DNA of 64,000 nt from Alphaproteobacteria bacterium (GTDB lineage: Bacteria; Pseudomonadota; Alphaproteobacteria; Rickettsiales; UBA8987): positions 71,477 through 135,476 of the forward strand of contig JANPLD010000068.1 in the NCBI GenBank assembly GCA_031426355.1, read 5' to 3'. Positions 12,657 to 21,640 of this stretch are shown piece after piece. Numbering within the stretch: position 1 is the first letter of the stretch; each line of letters starts with the position of its first letter. Below the pieces are notes generated by a model. That model searched no databases. It was not told the DNA's origin and saw only the letters and a program-made list of their open reading frames with translations. Made by a program: the position numbers and the translations under genes.

Positions 12657-12683
12657 AATTACAGAATATTGGATTATTTGTTA

Positions 12684-13166
12684 TTATAATTTTCTGTACA
12701 TAATAAAAGCATCCACCAATCCAAGTTTTGAATGACGGAAACCATTGGGAATAGTGCCTATTATTTCAAAACCTAGAGACTTCCATAAATTTACCGCAGG
12801 AGTATTTGTTGAAACAACAAAGTTGAATTGCATGGCGATATAGCATTCTTTCTTCGCCTGCTCTATCGAATGCATGCCTAGCGCTTTACCAATACCTTTC
12901 CCGTGAAAATCAAGTGATACCATGTAGCTTGCGTTTCCTATGTGATCGCCCAAACCTTTCCGGTTTTTGCGGAGGGCGTACATTCCTGCAACTTTGCCAT
13001 CAATTTCAGCTACGAAGCATTTTGTGTGTTTACCGGTGAAATAATCTATCGCTTCTTCTTTTGAGGTATTGGGAAGAAAAGTATAAGTATCACCACCCTG
13101 AACTACAGCATGAAATATATTCCAGACAGATTCGGAATCGGAAGGTTTATAAGGGCGGATTAACAT
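12684..13166 (-). CDS. GNAT-family N-acetyltransferase
   Basis: 160 aa. The acetyl-CoA binding segment is VSLDFHGKGIGKALGMHSIEQAKK, followed by NTPAVNLWKSLGFEIIG. The start overlaps the stop of the upstream VirD4-like gene (TAATG). Confidence 0.85.
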   Translation of the reverse strand: MLIRPYKPSDSESVWNIFHAVVQGGDTYTFLPNTSKEEAIDYFTGKHTKCFVAEIDGKVAGMYALRKNRKGLGDHIGNASYMVSLDFHGKGIGKALGMHSIEQAKKECYIAMQFNFVVSTNTPAVNLWKSLGFEIIGTIPNGFRHSKLGLVDAFIMYRKL

Positions 13167-14497
13167 TAATCTTTATCTTCATTGTTATCATTAACAATAT
13201 TCCTTTTATTTGCAGTACTATCATGCACTAAAGAAAGATAAGATATATTATTGCGTTTATTTTTATCATTATTTTCCTTTGGCATTTTCATTTCTTTTTT
13301 TGAAATTTCTTGTACTGGTAACCAACTTTCTCCTTTTAATCTGTCTTTAAACATTTCTTTAGGATTTATTTTTTTAAGAAATTTAGGTTTTTGTCCCTCT
13401 TTAAAGAAAAGTAAGTTATTTGACAAAAGTTTAGATAAATATTTATCTCTCATTTTTTCTAATAAAAAGAAAGCTTCTAAAGTTTTTTTATCATTAATTA
13501 AGTATGCTATTTTATTTCCTGAGTTCGCGAAAAAACTGTAAGAGAAATTTTTTAAACAATTTTCAACTTGACTAAAATCATCAAAAACAGAACATAATTT
13601 TATATTATTGTTATAAAGAAGTGGCAAATCTGAAAGAACTTCAGCAGCATAACCTAAAGTATTAAAATTATTAATCATAAGTAATATGGGAATATTACCA
13701 TTACTATTTATCTTTTTTTTGATTAGCTGTTTATAAAAGATAGCTATAAGGGGATTAACTTTTTCTATATCAGTAGAATTAAGAGTTATATAGATAGTTA
13801 TTTTTTCTTTGGAAAGCTTAGATAAATCAAAATCACTATGATAGGTGAAGGTTTTAAGCTTAGGATTAGAAAATTTGTGAATTACATTATTTATTGTAGC
13901 TATAATTTTTGATTTTTCTTCATTAGATTTTTGAAGAAAATTTGCTATTTCTTTGTAAGCTATAGGATGTATTATGTTATTATGCCTATCTAATATAACC
14001 GCTAAATCATATGGAACATCGCTTGAGCTAATTATAGTATATATTTCGGAAAATGTACAAGGTCTTTCAATTAGAGAAACTAAGCAAATTAATAATCCTG
14101 TAAGTAAATTTTTTGCTTCAATATCGCAGGATTCATTTTTTGGAAAAAACCAATGAGAAATCTCTGTCATATCATCTACTATTTCACTAAAATCTCTATT
14201 TATCCAATCTAAAGGATTATAACAATACCCTCTAAGATCTGAAGCTAAAGGATTCCAAATATAAACTTTTTGACCAATTGACTCCCTATAACCGCTTGTT
14301 GCTTTAAAAATTTCTCCAGTTGGATCCTGTACAACTGCGGAATGGTTCCAATTCAATAGATTAGTTATAGCAAAACTTTCTGTCTTATTAGTTCCTATTG
14401 GCCCGCATAGGAGAAAATGATTATTATCATCTACTGAAATTATATTTTCATCATTTCTACCAATTATGATCTCTTTTGAGATTTTTGGTTTTTCCAT
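13166..14497 (-). CDS. VirD4/TraG-like (type IV coupling protein family) paralog, TM-less, with degenerate NTPase motifs
   Basis: HFLLCGPIGTNKTESFAITNLLNWNHSAVVQDPTGEIFKATSGYRESIGQKVYIWNPL...YNPLDWI aligns with the Walker-A region of VirD4/TraG (…APTRSGKGVG…P.LL…S.vv.D.KGE….T…R….G..V….P……NPL…). The Walker-B position reads LLMINNFNTLG instead of llDEF..lG. No N-terminal TM helices. Very AT-rich. Confidence 0.6.
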   Translation of the reverse strand: MEKPKISKEIIIGRNDENIISVDDNNHFLLCGPIGTNKTESFAITNLLNWNHSAVVQDPTGEIFKATSGYRESIGQKVYIWNPLASDLRGYCYNPLDWINRDFSEIVDDMTEISHWFFPKNESCDIEAKNLLTGLLICLVSLIERPCTFSEIYTIISSSDVPYDLAVILDRHNNIIHPIAYKEIANFLQKSNEEKSKIIATINNVIHKFSNPKLKTFTYHSDFDLSKLSKEKITIYITLNSTDIEKVNPLIAIFYKQLIKKKINSNGNIPILLMINNFNTLGYAAEVLSDLPLLYNNNIKLCSVFDDFSQVENCLKNFSYSFFANSGNKIAYLINDKKTLEAFFLLEKMRDKYLSKLLSNNLLFFKEGQKPKFLKKINPKEMFKDRLKGESWLPVQEISKKEMKMPKENNDKNKRNNISYLSLVHDSTANKRNIVNDNNEDKD

Positions 14498-14540
14498 TTG
14501 TACATAATTTATATTATTAAATTTAATATAATAACATAAA

Positions 14541-14563
14541 AGAGTTAATAAATTATTAACTCT
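14541..14563 (-). terminator. Intrinsic terminator of ppdK (11-bp-arm perfect palindrome followed by a T-run on the minus strand)
   Basis: AGAGTTAATAA-A-TTATTAACTCT overlaps the ppdK TAG stop by 2 nt. The minus strand continues TTTTATG. Confidence 0.55.
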
Positions 14564-17243
14564 AAGCTGCTTTTTTAAGGTGCTGCTTGGCTTTGATGGT
14601 TGCTTGCGCTGCTGCCAGGCGCGCTATAGGAACGCGGAATGGTGAGCATGAAACATAATTGAGTCCAACGTTATGACAGAACTCAATAGATGGCGGGTTG
14701 CCGCCATGTTCACCGCAGATACCAAGCTTGATATCCTTGCGCGTTTTCCTGCCCCTTTCAACTGCAAGCTCAATTAACTGGCCAACGCCTTCTACATCTA
14801 AAACCGCGAAGGGGTCTTTCTCGAATAATCCCCTTTCAACATATTGCGGGATGAATGAACCGGAATCATCACGGGAAATTCCGAGAGTTGTTTGAGTTAA
14901 ATCATTTGTTCCGAAGCTGAAGAATTCTGCATGTTCTGCGATCTTATCAGCAACTAAAGCGGCTCTAGGAAGCTCTATCATAGTGCCAACGAGGTATTCG
15001 ATCTTAGATTTTTTCTCAGCGAAAACTTTCTGCGCAACTTCATCGATCAGGTTTTTCAGTATCTCTAATTCCCTTGCGTTTAGAACAAGCGGTATCATTA
15101 TTTCAGGTAATACTTTTTTACCTTTTTTAGCAGTTTCAATTGCTGCTTCGAAAATAGCGCGGGCCTGCATCTCGTAAAGCTCAGGGTAAGTTATACCAAG
15201 CCTGCAACCACGGTGGCCTAACATCGGGTTAGATTCATGAAGTTCTTTTGCGCGCGTTTTGATTTTCTCAACTGCAATTCCTGAAGCTTTTGAAACTTCG
15301 GCGAATTCAGAATCAGTATGTGGAAGGAATTCATGAAGAGGTGGATCTAGCAAGCGGATCGTTACTGGCAGACCTTCCATGATTTCAAATATATCTTCAA
15401 AATCTTTACGCTGGTATGGGAGAAGTTTAGTAATGGCTTTCCTTCTTTCATTTTCGTCATTAGCAACGATCATTTCGCGAATAGCGATGATACGGTCAGC
15501 ATCAAAGAACATATGCTCTGTTCTGCAAAGGCCAATGCCTTCTGCGCCGAATTTACGGGCTGTTAGACAATCTTGTGGAGTTTCAGCATTTGTGCGTACT
15601 TTGAGGGTTCTGGTCTCATCAGCCCATTTCATCATGGTTTCGAACTCTGCTGACAATTCAGGATCAATCGTTGGCACCCTGCCTAAAATAACTTCGCCTG
15701 TGCTGCCATCGATCGTGATTATATCACCTTCATTGATGGTTTTATTACCGACAGTGAATTTTTTTGCCTTGTAATCAATAGTTACCTGACCTGCTCCAGT
15801 AACGCATGGCCTGCCCATACCGCGGGCAACAACTGCCGCGTGGGATGTCATACCGCCGCGTGAAGTTAATATGCCTCTGGCAGCATTCATTCCGTGGATA
15901 TCTTCAGGGCTGGTTTCAGCGCGAACTAAAATTACCGCTTCTTCTTTTTTAGCATGTTCTTCAGCATCATTAGCGTTGAACACAACTTTACCGCATGCCG
16001 CTCCCGGGGAAGCAGGAAGACCTTTTGCGATAACATCTTTTTTCGCTTTAGGATCAAGCGTCGGGTGAAGTAATTTATCAAGTTCATCAGGGGATACGCG
16101 GAGGATAGCTTCATCTTTAGAGATCAAACCTTCAGCAACCATATCAACTGCAATTTTGATAGAGGCTTTTGATGTACGTTTGCCATTACGCGTCTGAAGC
16201 ATCCAGAGTTTTCCGTCTTCAACGGTAAATTCGATATCCTGCATGTCGCGGTAATGTTTCTCAAGTTTTTTGTATATGTCAACAAGCTGCGCGTAAACTT
16301 CAGGAAGGGATTCTTCCATCGCAGGGAGTTTGCTTTTCTGGGAATTTTTACCGGCGATAGTGATCTGCTGGGGAGTACGGATACCTGCAACAACATCTTC
16401 ACCTTGGGCGTTAATTAAATATTCACCGTAAAATGCTTTTTCGCCCGTTGACGGGTTACGAGTGAATGCAACGCCTGTCGCGCTGTTCTCACCAGTATTA
16501 CCGAACACCATGGATTGCACGTTAACTGCAGTTCCCCAGCTTTCTGGGATGTCATACATTCTGCGGTAAGTTATCGCGCGGTGGTTCATCCAGCTTGAGA
16601 ATACTGCGCCAACTGCGCCCCATAACTGTTCTTTAACATCCTGCGGGAATGGTTTTCCTGTTTCTTCCTGAACCTTCTTTTTAAATCTCAGAACGAGGTC
16701 TTTCAGATCATCAGCGTTAAGTTCAGTATCAAGGAATATGCCTTTATCCTGTTTTTTAAGATCAAGAATATCTTCAAATAAGTGCCTTTCAACTTCAAGG
16801 ACGACATCAGAATACATCTGGATGAAGCGGCGGTATGAATCATATGCGAAACGAGGGTTGCCACTTTTGATCGCTAAACCTTCAACGGTTTCATCATTAA
16901 GACCAAGGTTTAATATCGTATCCATCATCCCCGGCATTGAAGCGCGGGCGCCTGAACGGACAGAAACAAGAAGCGGATTGGTTTTATCACCAAATTTCTT
17001 ACCGATAGTTTTTTCAATTGCAGCTATACCTTCAACAACCTGCTTTTCAAGGGCGTCAGGGTATTTGCGGTCATTTTTATAAAATTCCGTACATACTTCA
17101 CTTGTGATAGTGAAACCGGGAGGAACAGGCAGGCCAACCCTGCACATTTCAGCAAGGTTTGCACCTTTACCGCCGAGCAGGTTTTTCATTGAACCTTCGC
17201 CCTCAGCATTACCGTTACCGAACGTATATACCCATTTAGTCAT
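14562..17243 (-). CDS. ppdK: Pyruvate, phosphate dikinase
   Basis: 893 aa. Contains an N-terminal GGKGANLAEM ATP-grasp segment, the phosphohistidine segment RGGMTSHAAVVARGMG, and the C-terminal PEP-utilising motifs GTNDLTQ and GICGEHGG. Confidence 0.97.
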   Translation of the reverse strand: MTKWVYTFGNGNAEGEGSMKNLLGGKGANLAEMCRVGLPVPPGFTITSEVCTEFYKNDRKYPDALEKQVVEGIAAIEKTIGKKFGDKTNPLLVSVRSGARASMPGMMDTILNLGLNDETVEGLAIKSGNPRFAYDSYRRFIQMYSDVVLEVERHLFEDILDLKKQDKGIFLDTELNADDLKDLVLRFKKKVQEETGKPFPQDVKEQLWGAVGAVFSSWMNHRAITYRRMYDIPESWGTAVNVQSMVFGNTGENSATGVAFTRNPSTGEKAFYGEYLINAQGEDVVAGIRTPQQITIAGKNSQKSKLPAMEESLPEVYAQLVDIYKKLEKHYRDMQDIEFTVEDGKLWMLQTRNGKRTSKASIKIAVDMVAEGLISKDEAILRVSPDELDKLLHPTLDPKAKKDVIAKGLPASPGAACGKVVFNANDAEEHAKKEEAVILVRAETSPEDIHGMNAARGILTSRGGMTSHAAVVARGMGRPCVTGAGQVTIDYKAKKFTVGNKTINEGDIITIDGSTGEVILGRVPTIDPELSAEFETMMKWADETRTLKVRTNAETPQDCLTARKFGAEGIGLCRTEHMFFDADRIIAIREMIVANDENERRKAITKLLPYQRKDFEDIFEIMEGLPVTIRLLDPPLHEFLPHTDSEFAEVSKASGIAVEKIKTRAKELHESNPMLGHRGCRLGITYPELYEMQARAIFEAAIETAKKGKKVLPEIMIPLVLNARELEILKNLIDEVAQKVFAEKKSKIEYLVGTMIELPRAALVADKIAEHAEFFSFGTNDLTQTTLGISRDDSGSFIPQYVERGLFEKDPFAVLDVEGVGQLIELAVERGRKTRKDIKLGICGEHGGNPPSIEFCHNVGLNYVSCSPFRVPIARLAAAQATIKAKQHLKKAA

Positions 17244-17373
17244 GGTGGATAATCCTTTATGTTGGAATTTGCCGCCCTTTTATTGGATTTCTGCCAATAT
17301 TTCAATAAGAAAGTTGGCCTTGTGAAATAGTGTAATATATGGTATTATTAGTATTATAAATAATATACGTATT

Positions 17374-17592
17374 ATGACTTTATCAGTAAAATTAGGCGAT
17401 GATATTGAGAATAGATTAAGTGAACTCGCCGATATAACGGGCCGTACTAAAACCTATTATATAAAAAAAGCGGTGCTAGAAATGCTTGAGGACATGGAAG
17501 ATATTTATATTACAGAAAAAAGAATTGAAAATAAAAGTGAAAAAATCTGGTCAATGAAAGAAATAGAGGCTGAACTTGACCTGGCGCATTGA
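17374..17592 (+). CDS. relB: Ribbon-helix-helix (RelB/CopG-type) antitoxin
   Basis: 72 aa. An N-terminal beta-strand plus helices (LSVKLGDDIENRLSELADITGRTKTYYIKKAVLEMLE). Overlaps the downstream RelE-like ORF by 17 nt. Confidence 0.75.
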   Translation: MTLSVKLGDDIENRLSELADITGRTKTYYIKKAVLEMLEDMEDIYITEKRIENKSEKIWSMKEIEAELDLAH

Positions 17593-17845
17593 ATGGAAAG
17601 AGAGTGCAAGAAAAGAGCTTAGAAAACTGAATAAACAAGCTCAGTCACAGATAATTTCCTATTTAAAAGAATCTATAGAAAAATCTGATAATCCTAAAAA
17701 TTTTGGCAAGCCACTTGTAGGAAATTTAAAAGGATTGTGGAGATATAGAATTGGTGATTATCGGGCAGTGTGCCAAATACAGGATGAAAAAATTACTGTT
17801 TTAGTTGTAAGAATCGCCCATAGAAAAGAGGTTTATGATAACTAG
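17576..17845 (+). CDS. relE: RelE/ParE-family type II toxin
   Basis: 89 aa with a TTG start. Contains WRIEWKESARKELRKL...GLWRYRIGDYRAVCQIQDEKITVLVVRIAHRKEVY, which matches the RelE pattern (…YRLVYQV.D..v.v.vi.vg.R..vY). Confidence 0.8.
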   Translation: MTWRIEWKESARKELRKLNKQAQSQIISYLKESIEKSDNPKNFGKPLVGNLKGLWRYRIGDYRAVCQIQDEKITVLVVRIAHRKEVYDN

Positions 17846-19911
17846 ATCTTATCAAAAGCGCAGACACTTTCAAATATGGCAACTATAAGGGATGAAAGAC
17901 GAAGGCGGTTCTCACGGAGTTTTTTGTCAGGAGCATTTATCATAGTGTTATCGAAGAAGTTATTTATGTAGCCCGCAAGTTCAGTTAGTGTTTTGAGAGA
18001 ATCAGCAAATTTGCCTGATTTTTCGAAATCAGCTATTTCATCATATGATTTTTCAAGCATCTCAAACAAGAATTTTTCTGAGCCTTCAATAAGCCCTGAT
18101 TTTGAAGGTTTTGCAGGGTATTTCTGCTTGTCTTTATTTTCTTCAATTGAGAGGATATTCTTTGCCCTTTTGTAAGCATCGATAGATTCCATACCATCTT
18201 TAGTGCTCGCGAACTGAGAGAAAATAATTATCTTCTGACGGAGCTCATAAATATTCAGTTCACCTACATATTCCAGAATTGCGTTGATTATATCCTGTCT
18301 GAAATTATCATTCTTAAACTGGAATTTCAGCCTGTCTGCGAAAAAGAAGGATATTTCTTCTGATAAAGCATCTTTATCAATTTCCCTCAGGGTAGTCGAT
18401 GGCAGCAGTTTCACTGCTTTTTTTATGTAAGATAATAGCTCGAACGATATTTTGTTTTCCAGAATTATCCTAATAATACCTAGCGCCAAGCGGCGTAATG
18501 CGAACGGGTCTTTAGAGCCGGTCGCCCTTTCCCCGCCTGCATAAAGCGCGACAAGAGAATCAATTTTATCGGCAAGCGCAACTATAACTGAAGTTGAATT
18601 TTTTGGTACGTTATCATTAGGGCCTTGCGGCTTATAATGGTCACGAATTGCCTCGGCAACCTCTTTAGCTTCGCCACTAGCAAGGGCGTAATAATAACCC
18701 ATTAAACCCTGAAGTTCAGGGAATTCGCCCACCATGTCAGTGGCCAGATCAGCTTTTGCGAGTTTGGCGGCATGGGAAATTATATCTTTATGTTCAGGCG
18801 CTAACTCTTTAGCTATCTCATAAGAAAGTTTTGAAATGCGCTCAACTTTGTCACCTATCGTTCCAACTTTATTGTGAAAAACTATGCCGGATAATTTTGG
18901 TATGAAATTGCGGAGACCCTTCTCCTTATCGGTGCGGAAGAAGAATTCAGCATCTGAAAGTCTTGCGCGGACGACCTTCTGGTTACCTTCAACGATCTTT
19001 ATCCCGCCATCTTTAGTCTTATTATTTGAGACCAGGATAAAATATGGAGAAAGGTTCCCTTCCCTGTCAACAAGGTTAAAATATTTCTGGTTAGTGCGTA
19101 TGGTGCTGACAAGAACTTCCTTCGGAAGGCTCATGAATTTATTCTCAATAGTTCCAAGCAGGATAACAGGATATTCAACTAGGCCTGTTACTTCATTCAC
19201 TAAGTTTTCGTCATCTATCAAACTCAGGTTATTATCATTTGCTATCTTGGTAACATTTTCAAAAATGAATTTTTTTCTCTTTTCATTATCTGCAATGACA
19301 TATCTTTTTTCGAGATCGGAAATAAACTGATCAAAATTCTGTATCCTGAAACTATCGGGAGCTAAAAATCTGTGGCCAAAGCTTATATCATTTGCCACAA
19401 TATGCCCGAATTCTATTGGCAATATCTCACCGCCAAATATACATGCAATATTTCTTACCGGGCGTACCCAGCGAATTCTATACTCACCCCAACGCATGGA
19501 TTTAGGCCAGGAAAAGTTATTTAGAATATCTTCAAGAAGTTCCTTTAATATTTCCTTCGTTGGCTTACCTTTAGTGCGAACTATCGCAAAGTAAAAATCC
19601 CCCTTTGGGGTGTTTTTTACTGTTAATTGGTCTTTACGAAGACCGGTAGAACGAAGGAACCCATCAAGCGCGTTAGCATCTGCATCAGTGCGCGGACCTT
19701 TTCTTTCGGTAACAGAATCCTCCTGGGTGAGTGACAGACCTTCAGCAAATAAAATAAGCCTTCTAGGAGTTACAAAACATTTGCAGTGCTGATAGAACAA
19801 ATTGAGGGATTTTAACTTTCCTTCAAAAGAATTTTTAAGTTGTTCAGCCGCATTCAGCTGCATTCTGGCAGGTATCTCTTCAGAAAGTATTTCAAATATT
19901 AATTGCGCCAC
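17842..19911 (-). CDS. glyS: Glycine--tRNA ligase beta subunit
   Basis: 689 aa with a GTG start. N-terminal LIFEILSEEIPARM and internal SFGHRFL, typical of GlyS. glyQ is not adjacent. Confidence 0.93.
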   Translation of the reverse strand: MAQLIFEILSEEIPARMQLNAAEQLKNSFEGKLKSLNLFYQHCKCFVTPRRLILFAEGLSLTQEDSVTERKGPRTDADANALDGFLRSTGLRKDQLTVKNTPKGDFYFAIVRTKGKPTKEILKELLEDILNNFSWPKSMRWGEYRIRWVRPVRNIACIFGGEILPIEFGHIVANDISFGHRFLAPDSFRIQNFDQFISDLEKRYVIADNEKRKKFIFENVTKIANDNNLSLIDDENLVNEVTGLVEYPVILLGTIENKFMSLPKEVLVSTIRTNQKYFNLVDREGNLSPYFILVSNNKTKDGGIKIVEGNQKVVRARLSDAEFFFRTDKEKGLRNFIPKLSGIVFHNKVGTIGDKVERISKLSYEIAKELAPEHKDIISHAAKLAKADLATDMVGEFPELQGLMGYYYALASGEAKEVAEAIRDHYKPQGPNDNVPKNSTSVIVALADKIDSLVALYAGGERATGSKDPFALRRLALGIIRIILENKISFELLSYIKKAVKLLPSTTLREIDKDALSEEISFFFADRLKFQFKNDNFRQDIINAILEYVGELNIYELRQKIIIFSQFASTKDGMESIDAYKRAKNILSIEENKDKQKYPAKPSKSGLIEGSEKFLFEMLEKSYDEIADFEKSGKFADSLKTLTELAGYINNFFDNTMINAPDKKLRENRLRLSSLIVAIFESVCAFDKI

Positions 19912-19934
19912 AGCTTACTGAAAACTTCGTTGTT

Positions 19935-20291
19935 TTAACTTTTTCTTTTAACTTTGTTATTCTCATCTACCAGAACAACACTTGGTTTATGCTTTGATAC
20001 TTGCAAACTATCAATAGAGCAATAGGCACAGATAATTACCAGATCACCCGCACTTGCTTTATGCGCGGCAGAACCACGGATCGAGATTATTCCGCTTCCG
20101 CGTTCTTCAGGTATCGCGTAAGTAGTAAGGCGCTCACCATTAGTGATGTTGTAAATATCAACCTGTTCCCAGTGAGTTATGCCAACCTCATCAAGGAGGT
20201 TCTGGTCAATACCGACGGAGCCTTCATAATGGAGGTTGCAATCTGTTACGGTTGCACGGTGGATCTTTGATTTAAGTAAATTAACTAACAT
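19935..20291 (-). CDS. panD: Aspartate 1-decarboxylase
   Basis: LKSKIHRATVTDCNLHYEGSVGID contains the Gly-Ser self-processing site. 118 aa, collinear with E. coli PanD. Confidence 0.95.
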   Translation of the reverse strand: MLVNLLKSKIHRATVTDCNLHYEGSVGIDQNLLDEVGITHWEQVDIYNITNGERLTTYAIPEERGSGIISIRGSAAHKASAGDLVIICAYCSIDSLQVSKHKPSVVLVDENNKVKRKS

Positions 20292-20368
20292 TGTTACTAT
20301 ATAGGTGCGCTAATATATTTTTCAGCGCGCTTTTACAGCTAAATTATAAAATTTTCAATTGAAAAGGA

Positions 20369-20728
20369 TTAGATGAACAGATCGATCAGTGAACCTGACT
20401 GTTTTGAAAACCCCGTGCCTGCAAGAAGGCTCAAGGCAGGATCAGCGCTAGAGTCGCTATCATTATTGGAAAATAGCTGACGAAGGCTGGCAATACTTGC
20501 AAATAATTTATCGGCATCTTTTCCCGTAACATTATCTTTTACGAATTTTTCTAAACCGGCCAGCGTATCAGTTTGTGTTGATATAAGGCTTGAAGTTGAA
20601 AGACTGGAAGCATTAAACAAGGAGTTGGTTATATCCTGAGTTCCAGTAAGCAGATCATATACGCCAACTTTGCTGTTGGCGGCATTGGTACCGAATAATG
20701 TACCTATCTGATTTACGTTTAGTGACAT
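20369..20728 (-). CDS. Hypothetical Ser/Thr-rich protein
   Basis: 119-aa ORF with no recognisable motif. Divergent from the 20834 gene. Confidence 0.4.
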   Translation of the reverse strand: MSLNVNQIGTLFGTNAANSKVGVYDLLTGTQDITNSLFNASSLSTSSLISTQTDTLAGLEKFVKDNVTGKDADKLFASIASLRQLFSNNDSDSSADPALSLLAGTGFSKQSGSLIDLFI

Positions 20729-20833
20729 AATTTGACCTATAGCCCTATTATACTCTCTTTAAAGGGGTTGGTCAAATTTATTATATTTCAATGAGTTACT
20801 CAGTTAACGAAGTTTTAATGCTTTTGTGTTAAT

Positions 20834-21604
20834 ATGTTAGCTATGAATAACAATATTAACATTTCTGATAATTTTGACCCAACTGGAATTGACTTGGACA
20901 GGTTAGGAAGAATTCATTACCAAGCCTATCAGTTGGTTACAAAGTATTTAGATAAAAATGGACTTCCCAGAATTGATAAGAGGGAAATCCTTTTGGAAGA
21001 TTATAAACATGGAGGCGAGTCACATGGTGGGAAAATTTCCCTATCAATTAATTTTAAAGAAGCAAATGACGAAAAGTTTCTATTTAGACTTGTACACGAG
21101 TATGTTCATGAACTTAACAGCAAACCATATACAAATGCCTTCACATATGAAAACATTATACATAATGTAAATAGGTTTTTACACAAAGCTAGTATAGCTA
21201 CAGGCTTTTCAAGTTTTTTATCTGGAATTGCTGCAACGGCTTCAGGATTTGATAATGTTCCTATGTGCATAGTATTTGCTGCATCTACTATCTTGACTGC
21301 TGCTTCTCACATTTTTGAAAAAAAGCGTTTACCACAAATATGTGGAAAAATGGAACTCAGAACTGATGCACTTGCAGTAGAAATAATTGATAACCCAGAA
21401 ACTTTAATCAAAGCTCATTTACCTATACCAGAAAAACTAAATCAATATTTATTTTCAGATAGTAAGCCTGATTTTGAGAATATAAATATTTATTATAATG
21501 AAATCCTTAAACAACAACCAAACTTACGAAAGATAGATCCCGAATATGCTTTTTCTCCAGCAACCCGAATAAAGAATATTATAAATGTAGCTTCAAGCAA
21601 TTGA
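20834..21604 (+). CDS. Putative M48 (HtpX-like) zinc metalloprotease, minimal form
   Basis: An HExxH motif (LVHEYVHEL) is followed by two hydrophobic helices (IATGFSSFLSGIAATASGF / MCIVFAASTILTAASHIF). Then come MELRTDALAVE (an E..AD..A-like third-ligand region) and a C-terminal SPATRIKNI (compare HPp..eRi..L). Confidence 0.4.
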   Translation: MLAMNNNINISDNFDPTGIDLDRLGRIHYQAYQLVTKYLDKNGLPRIDKREILLEDYKHGGESHGGKISLSINFKEANDEKFLFRLVHEYVHELNSKPYTNAFTYENIIHNVNRFLHKASIATGFSSFLSGIAATASGFDNVPMCIVFAASTILTAASHIFEKKRLPQICGKMELRTDALAVEIIDNPETLIKAHLPIPEKLNQYLFSDSKPDFENINIYYNEILKQQPNLRKIDPEYAFSPATRIKNIINVASSN

Positions 21605-21640
21605 GGAGAAAAAACCGCGAGCCATATAATTCTTTGTTAA

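Noticed and set aside
15379-15774. Long antisense ORFs inside big genes, e.g. 15379..15774 in ppdK, 49708..50313 in alaS, 32182..32655 in dnaB, 8685..9017 in gyrB and 18884..19330 in glyS.
   Set aside because: They lie fully inside strongly supported genes on the opposite strand. Their composition is Ser/Leu/Pro/Phe-rich and low in complexity, and they have no motifs. These are typical shadow ORFs.
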